NCBI GenBank assembly: GCA_965204725.1 | Contig: OZ242005.1 | Span: 1,248,001-1,312,000, forward strand | DNA length: 64,000 bases | DNA from: Candidatus Latescibacterota bacterium | Lineage (GTDB): Bacteria > Latescibacterota > UBA2968 > UBA8231 | Reading direction: 5' to 3' | Shown: in pieces, positions 38,840-46,949 of the stretch | Layout: each line of letters opens with the position of its first letter | Numbering within the stretch: position 1 is the stretch's first letter | The notes under the pieces: generated by a model | What the model saw: only the letters and a program-made list of their open reading frames with translations | What the model was told of the DNA's origin: nothing | The model's database searches: none | Translations under genes and position numbers: made by a program

Positions 38840-39862
38840 ATGGACCCTTTTGCAAAAGTAGTGATTGGCGATACCGGCGTGGCGGTGACGCGCTTGGGGT
38901 TGGGCGGTGCGCCGTTGGGCGGGATGGTCTTGGCCGACGGGATTTTTACGGGCAGCGGGCACGACGAAGCACTGGCCATCATCCGCCGCGCTTACGAGAT
39001 GGGCGTGCGCTATTTCGATACTGCGCCGATGTATGGCAACGGGCGTAGCGAGGTGCGCTACGGGCGGGTGCTAGGCGAGTTCCCGCGTGCGTCGTTTGCC
39101 ATCTCGACCAAGGGATCGCGGGTGTTACGGCCGGAAAACCCGGACGATTTGGCTCCGTACAGCGAGGATGGGATCCCGCACTATACCTATAATTTCGACT
39201 TTAGCGCGGCGGGCCTGCGGGCCTCGCTCGATTCGAGCTTGGAGCGGCTGGGGTTGGCGGCGGTGGATATTTTCTTTGTCCACGACAGCGACTTCAAGGG
39301 GCAGCACACCGACGAGGACTTCATCCAAGCGCTAGAGGCCGCGGTCGAATTGCGGGCAACGGGCGTGGTCAAGGCCATCGGCATGGGCATGAACGAATGG
39401 GAGCGCACCGGGCGGATGGTCGAGCACTTTGATCTGGACTACATCCTGCTGGCCGGGCGTTACACGCTGCTGGACCAGTCGGCGCTGCCCGAGTTTTTGC
39501 CGCTGTGCGTAGAGCGCGGGGTGAAGCTGACCATCGGCGGCCCGTACAACAGCGGCATCCTCGCCCGCGATTTGAGCCAGCCGGTTTCCTTTGATTACCT
39601 GCCCGCGCCCGCGCATTGGGTGCAGCGGGCCAAGGCACTCAAAGCGGTCTGCGACCGGCACGAGGTTGAGCTGCGGGCGGCGGCCTTGCAATTCCCCTTT
39701 GGGCACGAGGCGGTGATCTCGGCGGTGCCCGGTGCGGCGTCCGTGGCCGAGTTGGAGGACAACGCCCGCGTGATGCAGGCGGAGATTCCACCGGCTTTGT
39801 GGGCGGAGCTAAAGGCCGAGGGGCTGCTGCCAGACGCTGCGCCGACGCCGACAAGGTGCTGA
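38840..39862 (+). CDS. Aldo/keto reductase (L-fucose/D-threo-aldose dehydrogenase-like)
   Basis: LGLGGAPLG, YFDTAPMYGNGRSE, STK, FDFS, LAGRYTLLDQ, GGPYNSGILA. Confidence 0.9.
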   Translation: MDPFAKVVIGDTGVAVTRLGLGGAPLGGMVLADGIFTGSGHDEALAIIRRAYEMGVRYFDTAPMYGNGRSEVRYGRVLGEFPRASFAISTKGSRVLRPENPDDLAPYSEDGIPHYTYNFDFSAAGLRASLDSSLERLGLAAVDIFFVHDSDFKGQHTDEDFIQALEAAVELRATGVVKAIGMGMNEWERTGRMVEHFDLDYILLAGRYTLLDQSALPEFLPLCVERGVKLTIGGPYNSGILARDLSQPVSFDYLPAPAHWVQRAKALKAVCDRHEVELRAAALQFPFGHEAVISAVPGAASVAELEDNARVMQAEIPPALWAELKAEGLLPDAAPTPTRC

Positions 39863-39901
39863 AATCGAACCGCTATTCGCCGCCCAATCTGGAGCCGATA
39901 T

Positions 39902-39926
39902 AACCTCTAACGCCTTCGCCCCGTCT
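39902..39926 (+). promoter_or_regulatory. ECF-type promoter (AAC-N17-CGTC), probably autoregulatory
   Basis: AAC at 39902, CGTCT at 39922, about 27 nt upstream of the ECF sigma start. Confidence 0.5.
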
Positions 39927-39952
39927 TAGGAGGCAGAAAGGCGTAAAGTGCG

Positions 39953-41689
39953 ATGCGAGAGTATCGGCTAATCCATGGCCAGACGGAACAGGACGCCCAT
40001 TTGGTGATCGCCGCACAGGAAGGCCACGAATGGGCTTTTGCGCGGCTCTTCGAGCGGCATTCGGTGCGGCTGTGGCCCTATGCCTTCACCTTGAGCGGCG
40101 GCGAGGTCGATGAGGCGCAGGATCTGTTGCAGGAGACCTTTATCCGCGCTTGGAGTCGGCTGGGCGAGTTGCAGGCGGGGGCCGCTTTTCACGCTTGGCT
40201 GCGTACGCTGATGTATCGCTTGGCACTCGACCGGTGCGATAAGCAGCAGTACCGGGATCAGTTACTCGCCCGGTACGCGATGGCAGCGGAAGCGGAACGC
40301 ACACCAGAGCAGCGGCTGCTATCGCGTGAAATAGGGGCGGCCATCGCAGAAGCGGCGCAGAGTCTCTCGGAGTCTTCGCGCCGCATTTTTACCGCCTTTC
40401 ACCTAGAGGACAAGTCCATAATGCAGATCGCCGAGGAGATGGGGCTTTCGGTGGGGGCGGTGAAGGCCCGACTCTTCTATGGGCGCAAAAAATTGAGAAA
40501 GGAATTGGCGAACATGGCTCCCGAGACGACGATGCCACTAGAAACACCCGAGACGCTTAACATCGAGGTCATGGGTGAGTGCAAAAACCAACATGATCCG
40601 CTGCATCCGCTGCGGCAGACGCAGAGTTTGCTGGCCAAGCGCTTGCTCTACTTCTGCCGTAAGAGTGCAAAAAGCGTTGGGGAACTAGCCCGTCTGTTGC
40701 ACGCCGACAAGGTCTATGTGCAGGACATCCTGCCGAGCTTAGTGGAAGGAGAAATGCTGGAGGAGCCCTTTCCCGGTCGCTATCAGACGGCTTTTCTCTT
40801 TATCGCACACCAAGAGAACAGGCCGCTAGAAGAGAGCGTGCATTTGGTGCGGGAGGGCCTAGCCATCCTCGAGCGCCGCCTGCCGCAACTCAGAGAGGCC
40901 CTAGGCCATACTTCGTTGTGCGGTTGGCAGGGATTTACTTGGGAGGAACTGGCTTGGATCGCGTTGCCGGAGTGGATTGTCATGCGTGGTCTGGGGCGGC
41001 AAGTGTCATCGCTGCCCAATTGGGGTAAATACCGCATTCTGACCTACCCACTCAGGCCGGTAGATTTTTGGTATCTGCTAGGCCATTGCGGCGGCGAAGA
41101 GGAGCCTTCTTTCCGGCTTGGCGGGATGGAGACGGAGGGGGACGACAAGGGCATGGGCAATATAGCGGAACCGCGCCTTATAGTCGGCGGCGATTGTATG
41201 AAGACTATGCGCTTTGAAGACCTCGATCGCTTGGTCGGCGGCCTGTGCGAGGGACCTATGAGCGAGGAGGATTTGCTCGACGACGCGGACGAGGAAACGC
41301 GATCAAGGTTAGCTGAATACAGTGCGGATGGCTATTTAGTCCAGTTAGAAGACGGGCGCTGGCGGTTGGGCATGCCGGTTGTCACTGGAGAAGACGAGGA
41401 GCGGTTGATCGGAACGATCGATGCGATCTGCGCTGAACTCGCCAGCAACGTGCTCGACGGTGCGATAACGGCTTTTGCCGCGAAGATAGACGAGTTGGAG
41501 TTTTCGCACTTACTCGGACAGCCTCACTATGTGGGCTTTTTGGGCTTTGAGGTGGCGTGTAGGCAACTGATCAGTGCCTGCCGCGAAGAAGGGTTGATAC
41601 CCGATCCGGTCAATCCGCCCAAGGGTTTCGGCTGTCATGCGTGGTACGGGGCACCGCGGATCATGCGAGCTTGGAACAAGGGGCGGTAA
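39953..41689 (+). CDS. ECF RNA polymerase sigma factor with a ~390-aa C-terminal extension
   Basis: Region 2 AQDLLQETFIRAW...FHAWL; region 4 IAEEMGLSVGAVKARLFYGRKKLR; then a long extension with a wHTH-like segment. Confidence 0.88.
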   Translation: MREYRLIHGQTEQDAHLVIAAQEGHEWAFARLFERHSVRLWPYAFTLSGGEVDEAQDLLQETFIRAWSRLGELQAGAAFHAWLRTLMYRLALDRCDKQQYRDQLLARYAMAAEAERTPEQRLLSREIGAAIAEAAQSLSESSRRIFTAFHLEDKSIMQIAEEMGLSVGAVKARLFYGRKKLRKELANMAPETTMPLETPETLNIEVMGECKNQHDPLHPLRQTQSLLAKRLLYFCRKSAKSVGELARLLHADKVYVQDILPSLVEGEMLEEPFPGRYQTAFLFIAHQENRPLEESVHLVREGLAILERRLPQLREALGHTSLCGWQGFTWEELAWIALPEWIVMRGLGRQVSSLPNWGKYRILTYPLRPVDFWYLLGHCGGEEEPSFRLGGMETEGDDKGMGNIAEPRLIVGGDCMKTMRFEDLDRLVGGLCEGPMSEEDLLDDADEETRSRLAEYSADGYLVQLEDGRWRLGMPVVTGEDEERLIGTIDAICAELASNVLDGAITAFAAKIDELEFSHLLGQPHYVGFLGFEVACRQLISACREEGLIPDPVNPPKGFGCHAWYGAPRIMRAWNKGR

Positions 41690-41725
41690 CGGGGATTCGA
41701 ATTTCAAATTATACCAGATCGTTTC

Positions 41726-41775
41726 AGGCCAGATAGCCTTTGACCTTTCGGGCGAGGGCTATCTGGCCTTTTTTT
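41726..41775 (+). terminator. Intrinsic terminator after the ECF sigma gene
   Basis: AGGCCAGATAGCCTT...AGGGCTATCTGGCCT followed by a T run. Confidence 0.75.
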
Positions 41776-41793
41776 AGGCCGGAGGAGGGCATT

Positions 41794-42735
41794 ATGGCCG
41801 AGCGATTGGTGTACTTCAATGGTGAGTTCGTCCCCGAGCCGGAGGCGCGGATCTCGATTTTCGACTGCGCCCTGATGTATGGGGACATGGTTTTTGAGAT
41901 GACGCGGAGCTTTGGGCAAAAGCCCTATCGGCTGCGCGAGCATCTAGAGCGGCTCTACGGCTCGCTCAAATACGCGCAGATCGACTGCGGGCTGGACATC
42001 GACGCGATGGAGGAGGCGACCTACGAGACCATTGCCCGCAACCTGCCGGCAATCGGCGCGCTGGACTTCCAAATTATGCACGACGTGACACGCGGGGCGC
42101 TGCCGCTGTACGACGCTATCGTCAAGGAGGGCACGGCCCCCATTGTCACCATCAACGTCTTCCCGCTGGTGCGGCACGTCGGCGGGATGGCGCGTCTCTA
42201 TCAAGAGGGGGCGCACTTCGTCATCCCACCGCAGCAGTCGGTGCCCTCGCGCTACATTGACCCCAAGGCCAAAAACCGCAGCCGCATCTTTTACAAGATC
42301 GCCGAGCTACAGGCCGCACAGATGGAGGCCGGGGCCCAAGCGCTGCTGATTGACGAGCACGGCTTTGTCACCGAGGGAACGGGCAACAACTTCTTCATGG
42401 TCTGCGACGGCCAAATAAGGACGCCCAAAGGGCATAATATCCTGCGCGGCGTATCGCGGGGCGCGTGTATGGAGCTGGCCAGCCAACTCGGCCTTCCCCT
42501 GTGCGAAGCCGACATCGAGCCGTACGACGTGCGCCAAGCCGACGAGGCGTGGTTTACCAGCACCACGACCTGCATGGTGCCGATTACGCGCTTTAACTTT
42601 CAGGCGGTGGGCAATGGCGAGGTGGGGCCGGTGTATGGCCGGTTGCTGGCGGCGTGGTCTGAGGAAGTTGGGGTAGATATTGCAGCGCAGGCGCGGGAGT
42701 ACGCCGAGATGATGGAGGAGGGGTGGCGGCCCTAG
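41794..42735 (+). CDS. Aminotransferase class IV (branched-chain/D-amino-acid type)
   Basis: YFNGEFV, YGDMVFE, HLERL, KNRSR, EGTGNNFF, ILRGVSR, ADEAWFTST; GGAGGAGG RBS. Confidence 0.9.
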   Translation: MAERLVYFNGEFVPEPEARISIFDCALMYGDMVFEMTRSFGQKPYRLREHLERLYGSLKYAQIDCGLDIDAMEEATYETIARNLPAIGALDFQIMHDVTRGALPLYDAIVKEGTAPIVTINVFPLVRHVGGMARLYQEGAHFVIPPQQSVPSRYIDPKAKNRSRIFYKIAELQAAQMEAGAQALLIDEHGFVTEGTGNNFFMVCDGQIRTPKGHNILRGVSRGACMELASQLGLPLCEADIEPYDVRQADEAWFTSTTTCMVPITRFNFQAVGNGEVGPVYGRLLAAWSEEVGVDIAAQAREYAEMMEEGWRP

Positions 42736-42831
42736 CGGGGGGGCTTGCGGGTACACGGGGGCTGTGTATAGTGAGAGGAATAGGTAAGACCGCCAAGACC
42801 GGCGGGCGCGATTACAGAAAGGAGGGGCCTT

Positions 42832-45800
42832 GTGGCCGACGCTATTGGGAAGTTCCAGCAGTTGCTGCGCGATTTGTTTCAGTTTGACTGCGCTGATCTC
42901 GATTTTGGCATCTACCGCATTATGAACTATAAGCGGGAGGCCATTGAGAAGTTCATTGAGGAGAAGTTGCCCGACTCCATCGCCAGTGAGTTGGACAGCG
43001 GTTCATTGGCGGAACAAGCTCAGATCGCCGAGGAAATGGCAGAGGTGGCTCTGCAAATTGAGGAGATGCTGGGCGAGGACGCTCTCGACGCTCATGGCAA
43101 CCTAGCCGAGACCTACCATGGTACTCGGGGGGGTAAGAAGTACTTGAAGTTACAAAAGAAAGCGGTGGGCGGCCTCTCCCGCGCCGCGGTTGAAGTTAGC
43201 ATCTACAATCACCTATACGCCTTTTTCAGCCGCTACTATCAGGACGGCGACTTCATCTCTAAGCGGCGCTATTCCAAACATCAACACTACGCCATTCCGT
43301 ACAATGGCGAAGAAGTCTATCTCCATTGGGCTAACAGCGACCAGTACTACATCAAGACGGGCGAACACTTTCACGATTACAACTGGAAGGCACCCGATGG
43401 CGTGGCGGTGCATTTTCGGATCAAGACCGCCGATGTGGAGCAGAACAACGTCAAGGGTGACAAGCGGTTTTTCCTTCCGCTCGCTGAGGAGGCGAAATGG
43501 GATGCTGACGCCCGCGAAATTACCATTCCGTTTGAATACCGGCCCCTAACCGCGACGGAGATCAAGACCTATGGCAGCCAAAAGCAGCAGGACAAAATCA
43601 TCGCCGAGGCCCTTGACGCCATTCCTCAGCAGTTGGGCCAAGCGACTGATGCGCTGGCCGCGCTAACTGGCGAGCGGCGGCGCGATGGCAAGGACGAATC
43701 CGTCTCTCACTTGGAATATCACTTGCAGCAATACACCCGGCGCAACACGTCCGACTTTTTCATTCACAAGGACTTGGCTGAGTTCCTCTCTCGCGAATTG
43801 GATTTCTACCTAAAGAGTGAAGTGCTGAACTTGGACCAGATGACCGTTGCTGGCGAAGGGGTGGCCGAAGGCTGGTTTCAGCAGTTGAAGCTAATAAAGC
43901 TAATTGGCAATCAGGTGATCGAGTTTTTGGCGCAGATGGAGAACTTCCAAAAGATGCTGTGGGAGAAGCGCAAGTTCGTCACCGAGACTCAGTACTGTAT
44001 TGCGCTTGGCAGCATTGACGCAACTCTTTATGCCGACATTGCGGCCCATGACGCGCAGTGGGACGAATGGCGAGAGCTGTTCCACATTGACGAGGCCGAA
44101 ACCCACCTGTTCAATTCAAACAAAAATGGGCATGAAAAACGCATTGACTTTCTGAAGACGCATCCGACGCTCGTGTTGGATACGAAGCATTTTGAGTCCG
44201 ATTTCGTGGACCGGCTGTTGGCTAGCTTTGACGACATAGATGAGATGACGGACGGGCTGTTGGTGCATAGCGAAAACTGGCAGGCGTTGAATCTGCTAAC
44301 GGACCGGTATCGGGAGGAGGTGATGTGTATTTACATTGATCCGCCGTATAACACAGATGCGTCGCCAATTCTCTATAAGAATGGATACAAATCATCGACT
44401 TGGATTTCTCTCTTGGATAATAGACTCCAAACTTCTCGACTTTTCCTTACGGAAAATGGTGTCTTGGTCGCGGCTATTGACGATGAACAATATCGGGAAT
44501 TGAGCTTTCTGCTTTCTAGCACTTTCGATAACCAACTTTTGGGAACAATCCTAGTTCGCACTAACCCGTCAGGACGCCCGACCAAAAGCGGCTATTCCGT
44601 GGCGCATGAGTACCTTCTATATGTTGGCCAAGGGCCGGAGTCCTCGATTGGACGCATGCCGCCAACAGAAGAACAAATGGCCCGTTTCTCGATGCGTGAG
44701 GAAGGCGCGGTATTCGAGTGGAGGAATCTGCGGCGAGAGGGGTCGAACTCAGATCGGGCCGCACGGCCTGCCCTTTATTATCCTATATATATTGGAGGCG
44801 AGAGCATACGAGTTCCCAAGATGACGTGGAATGAGGCAGCCGAGGAATGGGTTGTAAAAGAAAAACCTCGAACTGGCGAACAAGTAGTATTTCCAGACAA
44901 CGGAAATGGGATACAGAAAACATGGCGTTGGGAGTGGAAGAAGATAATGAATTCCCTTGCGGAGCTTTCTGTACGCAAGGACCAATCCGGTCAAGACTAT
45001 GTGTATTATAAGAGACGCTTAAACGAAGAGGGAGTGGCTTCAATGTCGTGCTGGTTTGACGCAAAGTACTCTGCGGTCGAACACGGCACGAAACCTTTGA
45101 AAGACCTGTTCGGGGAATCCATCTTTCCGAACCCAAAATCCATTCATGCGGTGGTGGATTCTATATATATCGCAGGGGGTCAACAGGAAGATGTGCATAT
45201 CCTCGACTACTTCGCCGGCTCCGGCACCACCGGCCACGCGGTCATCAATCTAAACCGCGAGGATGGCGGCCAGCGCAAATTCATTCTCATCGAAATGGGC
45301 GAATACTTCGACACGGTGCTGTTGCCGCGCATCAAGAAGGTCGCTTTCGCGCCCGAATGGAAAGACGGCAAGCCCAAGCGCGACGCCACCCCGGAGGAAG
45401 CGCAGCGGTCGCCCCGCATCGTCCAGTACATCCGCCTCGAATCCTACGAGGACGCACTGGACAGCATTGCGTTTGACCACAAGGCCGGGCAGTTGAAACT
45501 AGAGGAACAATTCGACGATTACCTGATCAAGTACATGCTGCAATGGGAAACCAAAGGCAGCGCGACCCTGCTCAACGTGGCGAAGTTGGCCCGTCCGTTC
45601 ACCTATCGCCTACGGGTTCACACCAATGGAGAGACGCAGGAGCGGACCGCGGATGTTCCCGAGACGTTCAACTACTTGTTGGGGCTGAACGTCCGTACGC
45701 GTCGGGTGCATGAGGACGACGGCCGGCGTTATTTGGTCTATCGAGGCGAAACCCGCGATGCGCCCGGTCGCAACGTGGCGGTTATATGGCGAGAAACCGA

Positions 45801-45966
45801 CGGATGGGATCAAGCCGACTTTGACCGCGACCGACAATTTGTGGCTGAGCAAGGGCTGGCCGATGGCGCGGCGACGGTGTACGTCAATGGGGACTCCTGC
45901 ACTCCCGGAGCCATAGCGGTAGAACCGACGTTCAAAGCGCGAATGTTCGAGGAGGTGGCGACATGA
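42832..45966 (+). CDS. mod: Type III restriction-modification methyltransferase (Mod)
   Basis: DLDFGIYRIMN, YNGEEV.LHWAN.DQYYIKT, IYIDPPYNT, FPNPKS, LDYFAGSGTTGHA, LESYEDAL, ETFNYLLGL; res downstream. Confidence 0.92.
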   Translation: MADAIGKFQQLLRDLFQFDCADLDFGIYRIMNYKREAIEKFIEEKLPDSIASELDSGSLAEQAQIAEEMAEVALQIEEMLGEDALDAHGNLAETYHGTRGGKKYLKLQKKAVGGLSRAAVEVSIYNHLYAFFSRYYQDGDFISKRRYSKHQHYAIPYNGEEVYLHWANSDQYYIKTGEHFHDYNWKAPDGVAVHFRIKTADVEQNNVKGDKRFFLPLAEEAKWDADAREITIPFEYRPLTATEIKTYGSQKQQDKIIAEALDAIPQQLGQATDALAALTGERRRDGKDESVSHLEYHLQQYTRRNTSDFFIHKDLAEFLSRELDFYLKSEVLNLDQMTVAGEGVAEGWFQQLKLIKLIGNQVIEFLAQMENFQKMLWEKRKFVTETQYCIALGSIDATLYADIAAHDAQWDEWRELFHIDEAETHLFNSNKNGHEKRIDFLKTHPTLVLDTKHFESDFVDRLLASFDDIDEMTDGLLVHSENWQALNLLTDRYREEVMCIYIDPPYNTDASPILYKNGYKSSTWISLLDNRLQTSRLFLTENGVLVAAIDDEQYRELSFLLSSTFDNQLLGTILVRTNPSGRPTKSGYSVAHEYLLYVGQGPESSIGRMPPTEEQMARFSMREEGAVFEWRNLRREGSNSDRAARPALYYPIYIGGESIRVPKMTWNEAAEEWVVKEKPRTGEQVVFPDNGNGIQKTWRWEWKKIMNSLAELSVRKDQSGQDYVYYKRRLNEEGVASMSCWFDAKYSAVEHGTKPLKDLFGESIFPNPKSIHAVVDSIYIAGGQQEDVHILDYFAGSGTTGHAVINLNREDGGQRKFILIEMGEYFDTVLLPRIKKVAFAPEWKDGKPKRDATPEEAQRSPRIVQYIRLESYEDALDSIAFDHKAGQLKLEEQFDDYLIKYMLQWETKGSATLLNVAKLARPFTYRLRVHTNGETQERTADVPETFNYLLGLNVRTRRVHEDDGRRYLVYRGETRDAPGRNVAVIWRETDGWDQADFDRDRQFVAEQGLADGAATVYVNGDSCTPGAIAVEPTFKARMFEEVAT

Positions 45967-46229
45967 ATGCGAAACAGAAGGTATCAGGTGATCTCATGCT
46001 GAATTGGGATACATGCACGGCTATCGAACGACATCCCGACAAAGTGAGCGGAACTTGGGTGTTTCGCGGAACGCGCGTTCCCGTATATGCTCTGTTTGAG
46101 AATCTGCGAGAGGGTGCTTCCACCGATCAGTTTCTCAATTGGTTTCACGGCGTTGAAGAGTGGCAGGTGAAAGCCGTTTTGGATCACGAATCAAAGGCTC
46201 TGAGGAATTTCTGTGAAAATTCTGTTTGA
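45963..46229 (+). CDS. DUF433 family putative antitoxin
   Basis: IERHPDKVSGTWVFRGTRVPVYALFENLREGAST.QFL.WF.GV. Confidence 0.88.
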   Translation: MNAKQKVSGDLMLNWDTCTAIERHPDKVSGTWVFRGTRVPVYALFENLREGASTDQFLNWFHGVEEWQVKAVLDHESKALRNFCENSV

Positions 46230-46245
46230 CCAAGGACAGCTTTGA
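46213..46245 (+). pseudogene. Remnant N-terminus of a DUF5615-type PIN-like toxin
   Basis: GTG-KILFDQG-QL* overlaps the DUF433 end, the position and start motif expected for the DUF433 partner. Confidence 0.55.
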
Positions 46246-46285
46246 ACGCCATGTCGAGTGTGCGGCTGTTCGCGGAGGTTACAAG

Positions 46286-46603
46286 ATGAACGCGAAAATC
46301 GAGATTTCGAGAGACGCGATTGCCGCGTTCTGCCAGCGCAACCATATCCGGCGCATGGCGTTCTTTGGCTCCGTGCTGCGCGACGATTTCGGGCCAGAGA
46401 GCGATGTGGATGTGCTGGTGGAATTTGAGCCGGGAACGAGCATTGGCTACATGGGACTGATGAGATTGGAGATTGAACTGGGCGAAGTCTTGGGGCGAAA
46501 AACAGATTTGCACACCTTCAAGGAGGTTGAAGAGAATCCTAACTGGCTGATCCGGGAAGAGATACTCAATTCGGCGGAGGAACTATATGAGCAAACGCGA
46601 TGA
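46286..46603 (+). CDS. mntA: Minimal nucleotidyltransferase (MNT) antitoxin
   Basis: FCQRNHIRRMAFFGSVLRDDFGPESDVDVLVEF (GS-x10-DxD); GGAGG RBS. Confidence 0.92.
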   Translation: MNAKIEISRDAIAAFCQRNHIRRMAFFGSVLRDDFGPESDVDVLVEFEPGTSIGYMGLMRLEIELGEVLGRKTDLHTFKEVEENPNWLIREEILNSAEELYEQTR

Positions 46604-46949
46604 CAGGGTAAGCCTCGTCGATATGCTTATTCACGCAAGGGAAGCAGTAGATTTATTGGGTGAGGCAAGCGCGGATGAGCTGAAAAGTAACCGGGTCGTG
46701 CAACTGGCCTTGATGAAGTTGGTGGAAATTGTCGGCGAAGCCGCCAACAGGATCTCTCCAGCGACGCAACAACGCCATCCAGAAATTCCTTGGCCCCTGA
46801 TAATCGGAATGCGTAATCGGATCGTTCACGAATACGATAACGTTAATCTAAACATATTGTGGAGCACGATAACGAACGAATTGCCGCCGCTTATCGATCA
46901 CCTGAAAGCAATCGTTGGGGAAGGATCTAGCGATGCCGCGCCGCTCTAG
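46587..46949 (+). CDS. hepT: HEPN (DUF86) ribonuclease toxin
   Basis: EIVGEAA, HPEIPW..IIGMRNRIVHEY (R-x4-H-x-Y). Confidence 0.92.
   Translation: MSKRDDRVSLVDMLIHAREAVDLLGEASADELKSNRVVQLALMKLVEIVGEAANRISPATQQRHPEIPWPLIIGMRNRIVHEYDNVNLNILWSTITNELPPLIDHLKAIVGEGSSDAAPL

Larger units (their letters stand above)
45939..46297 (+). repeat. Degenerate 36-bp direct repeat (45939-45974 and 46262-46297) flanking the DUF433 cassette
   Basis: GCGAATGTTCGAGGAGGTGGCGACATGAATGCGAAA vs GCGGCTGTTCGCGGAGGTTACAAGATGAACGCGAAA; 28/36 identical, ungapped, by hand. Confidence 0.65.
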
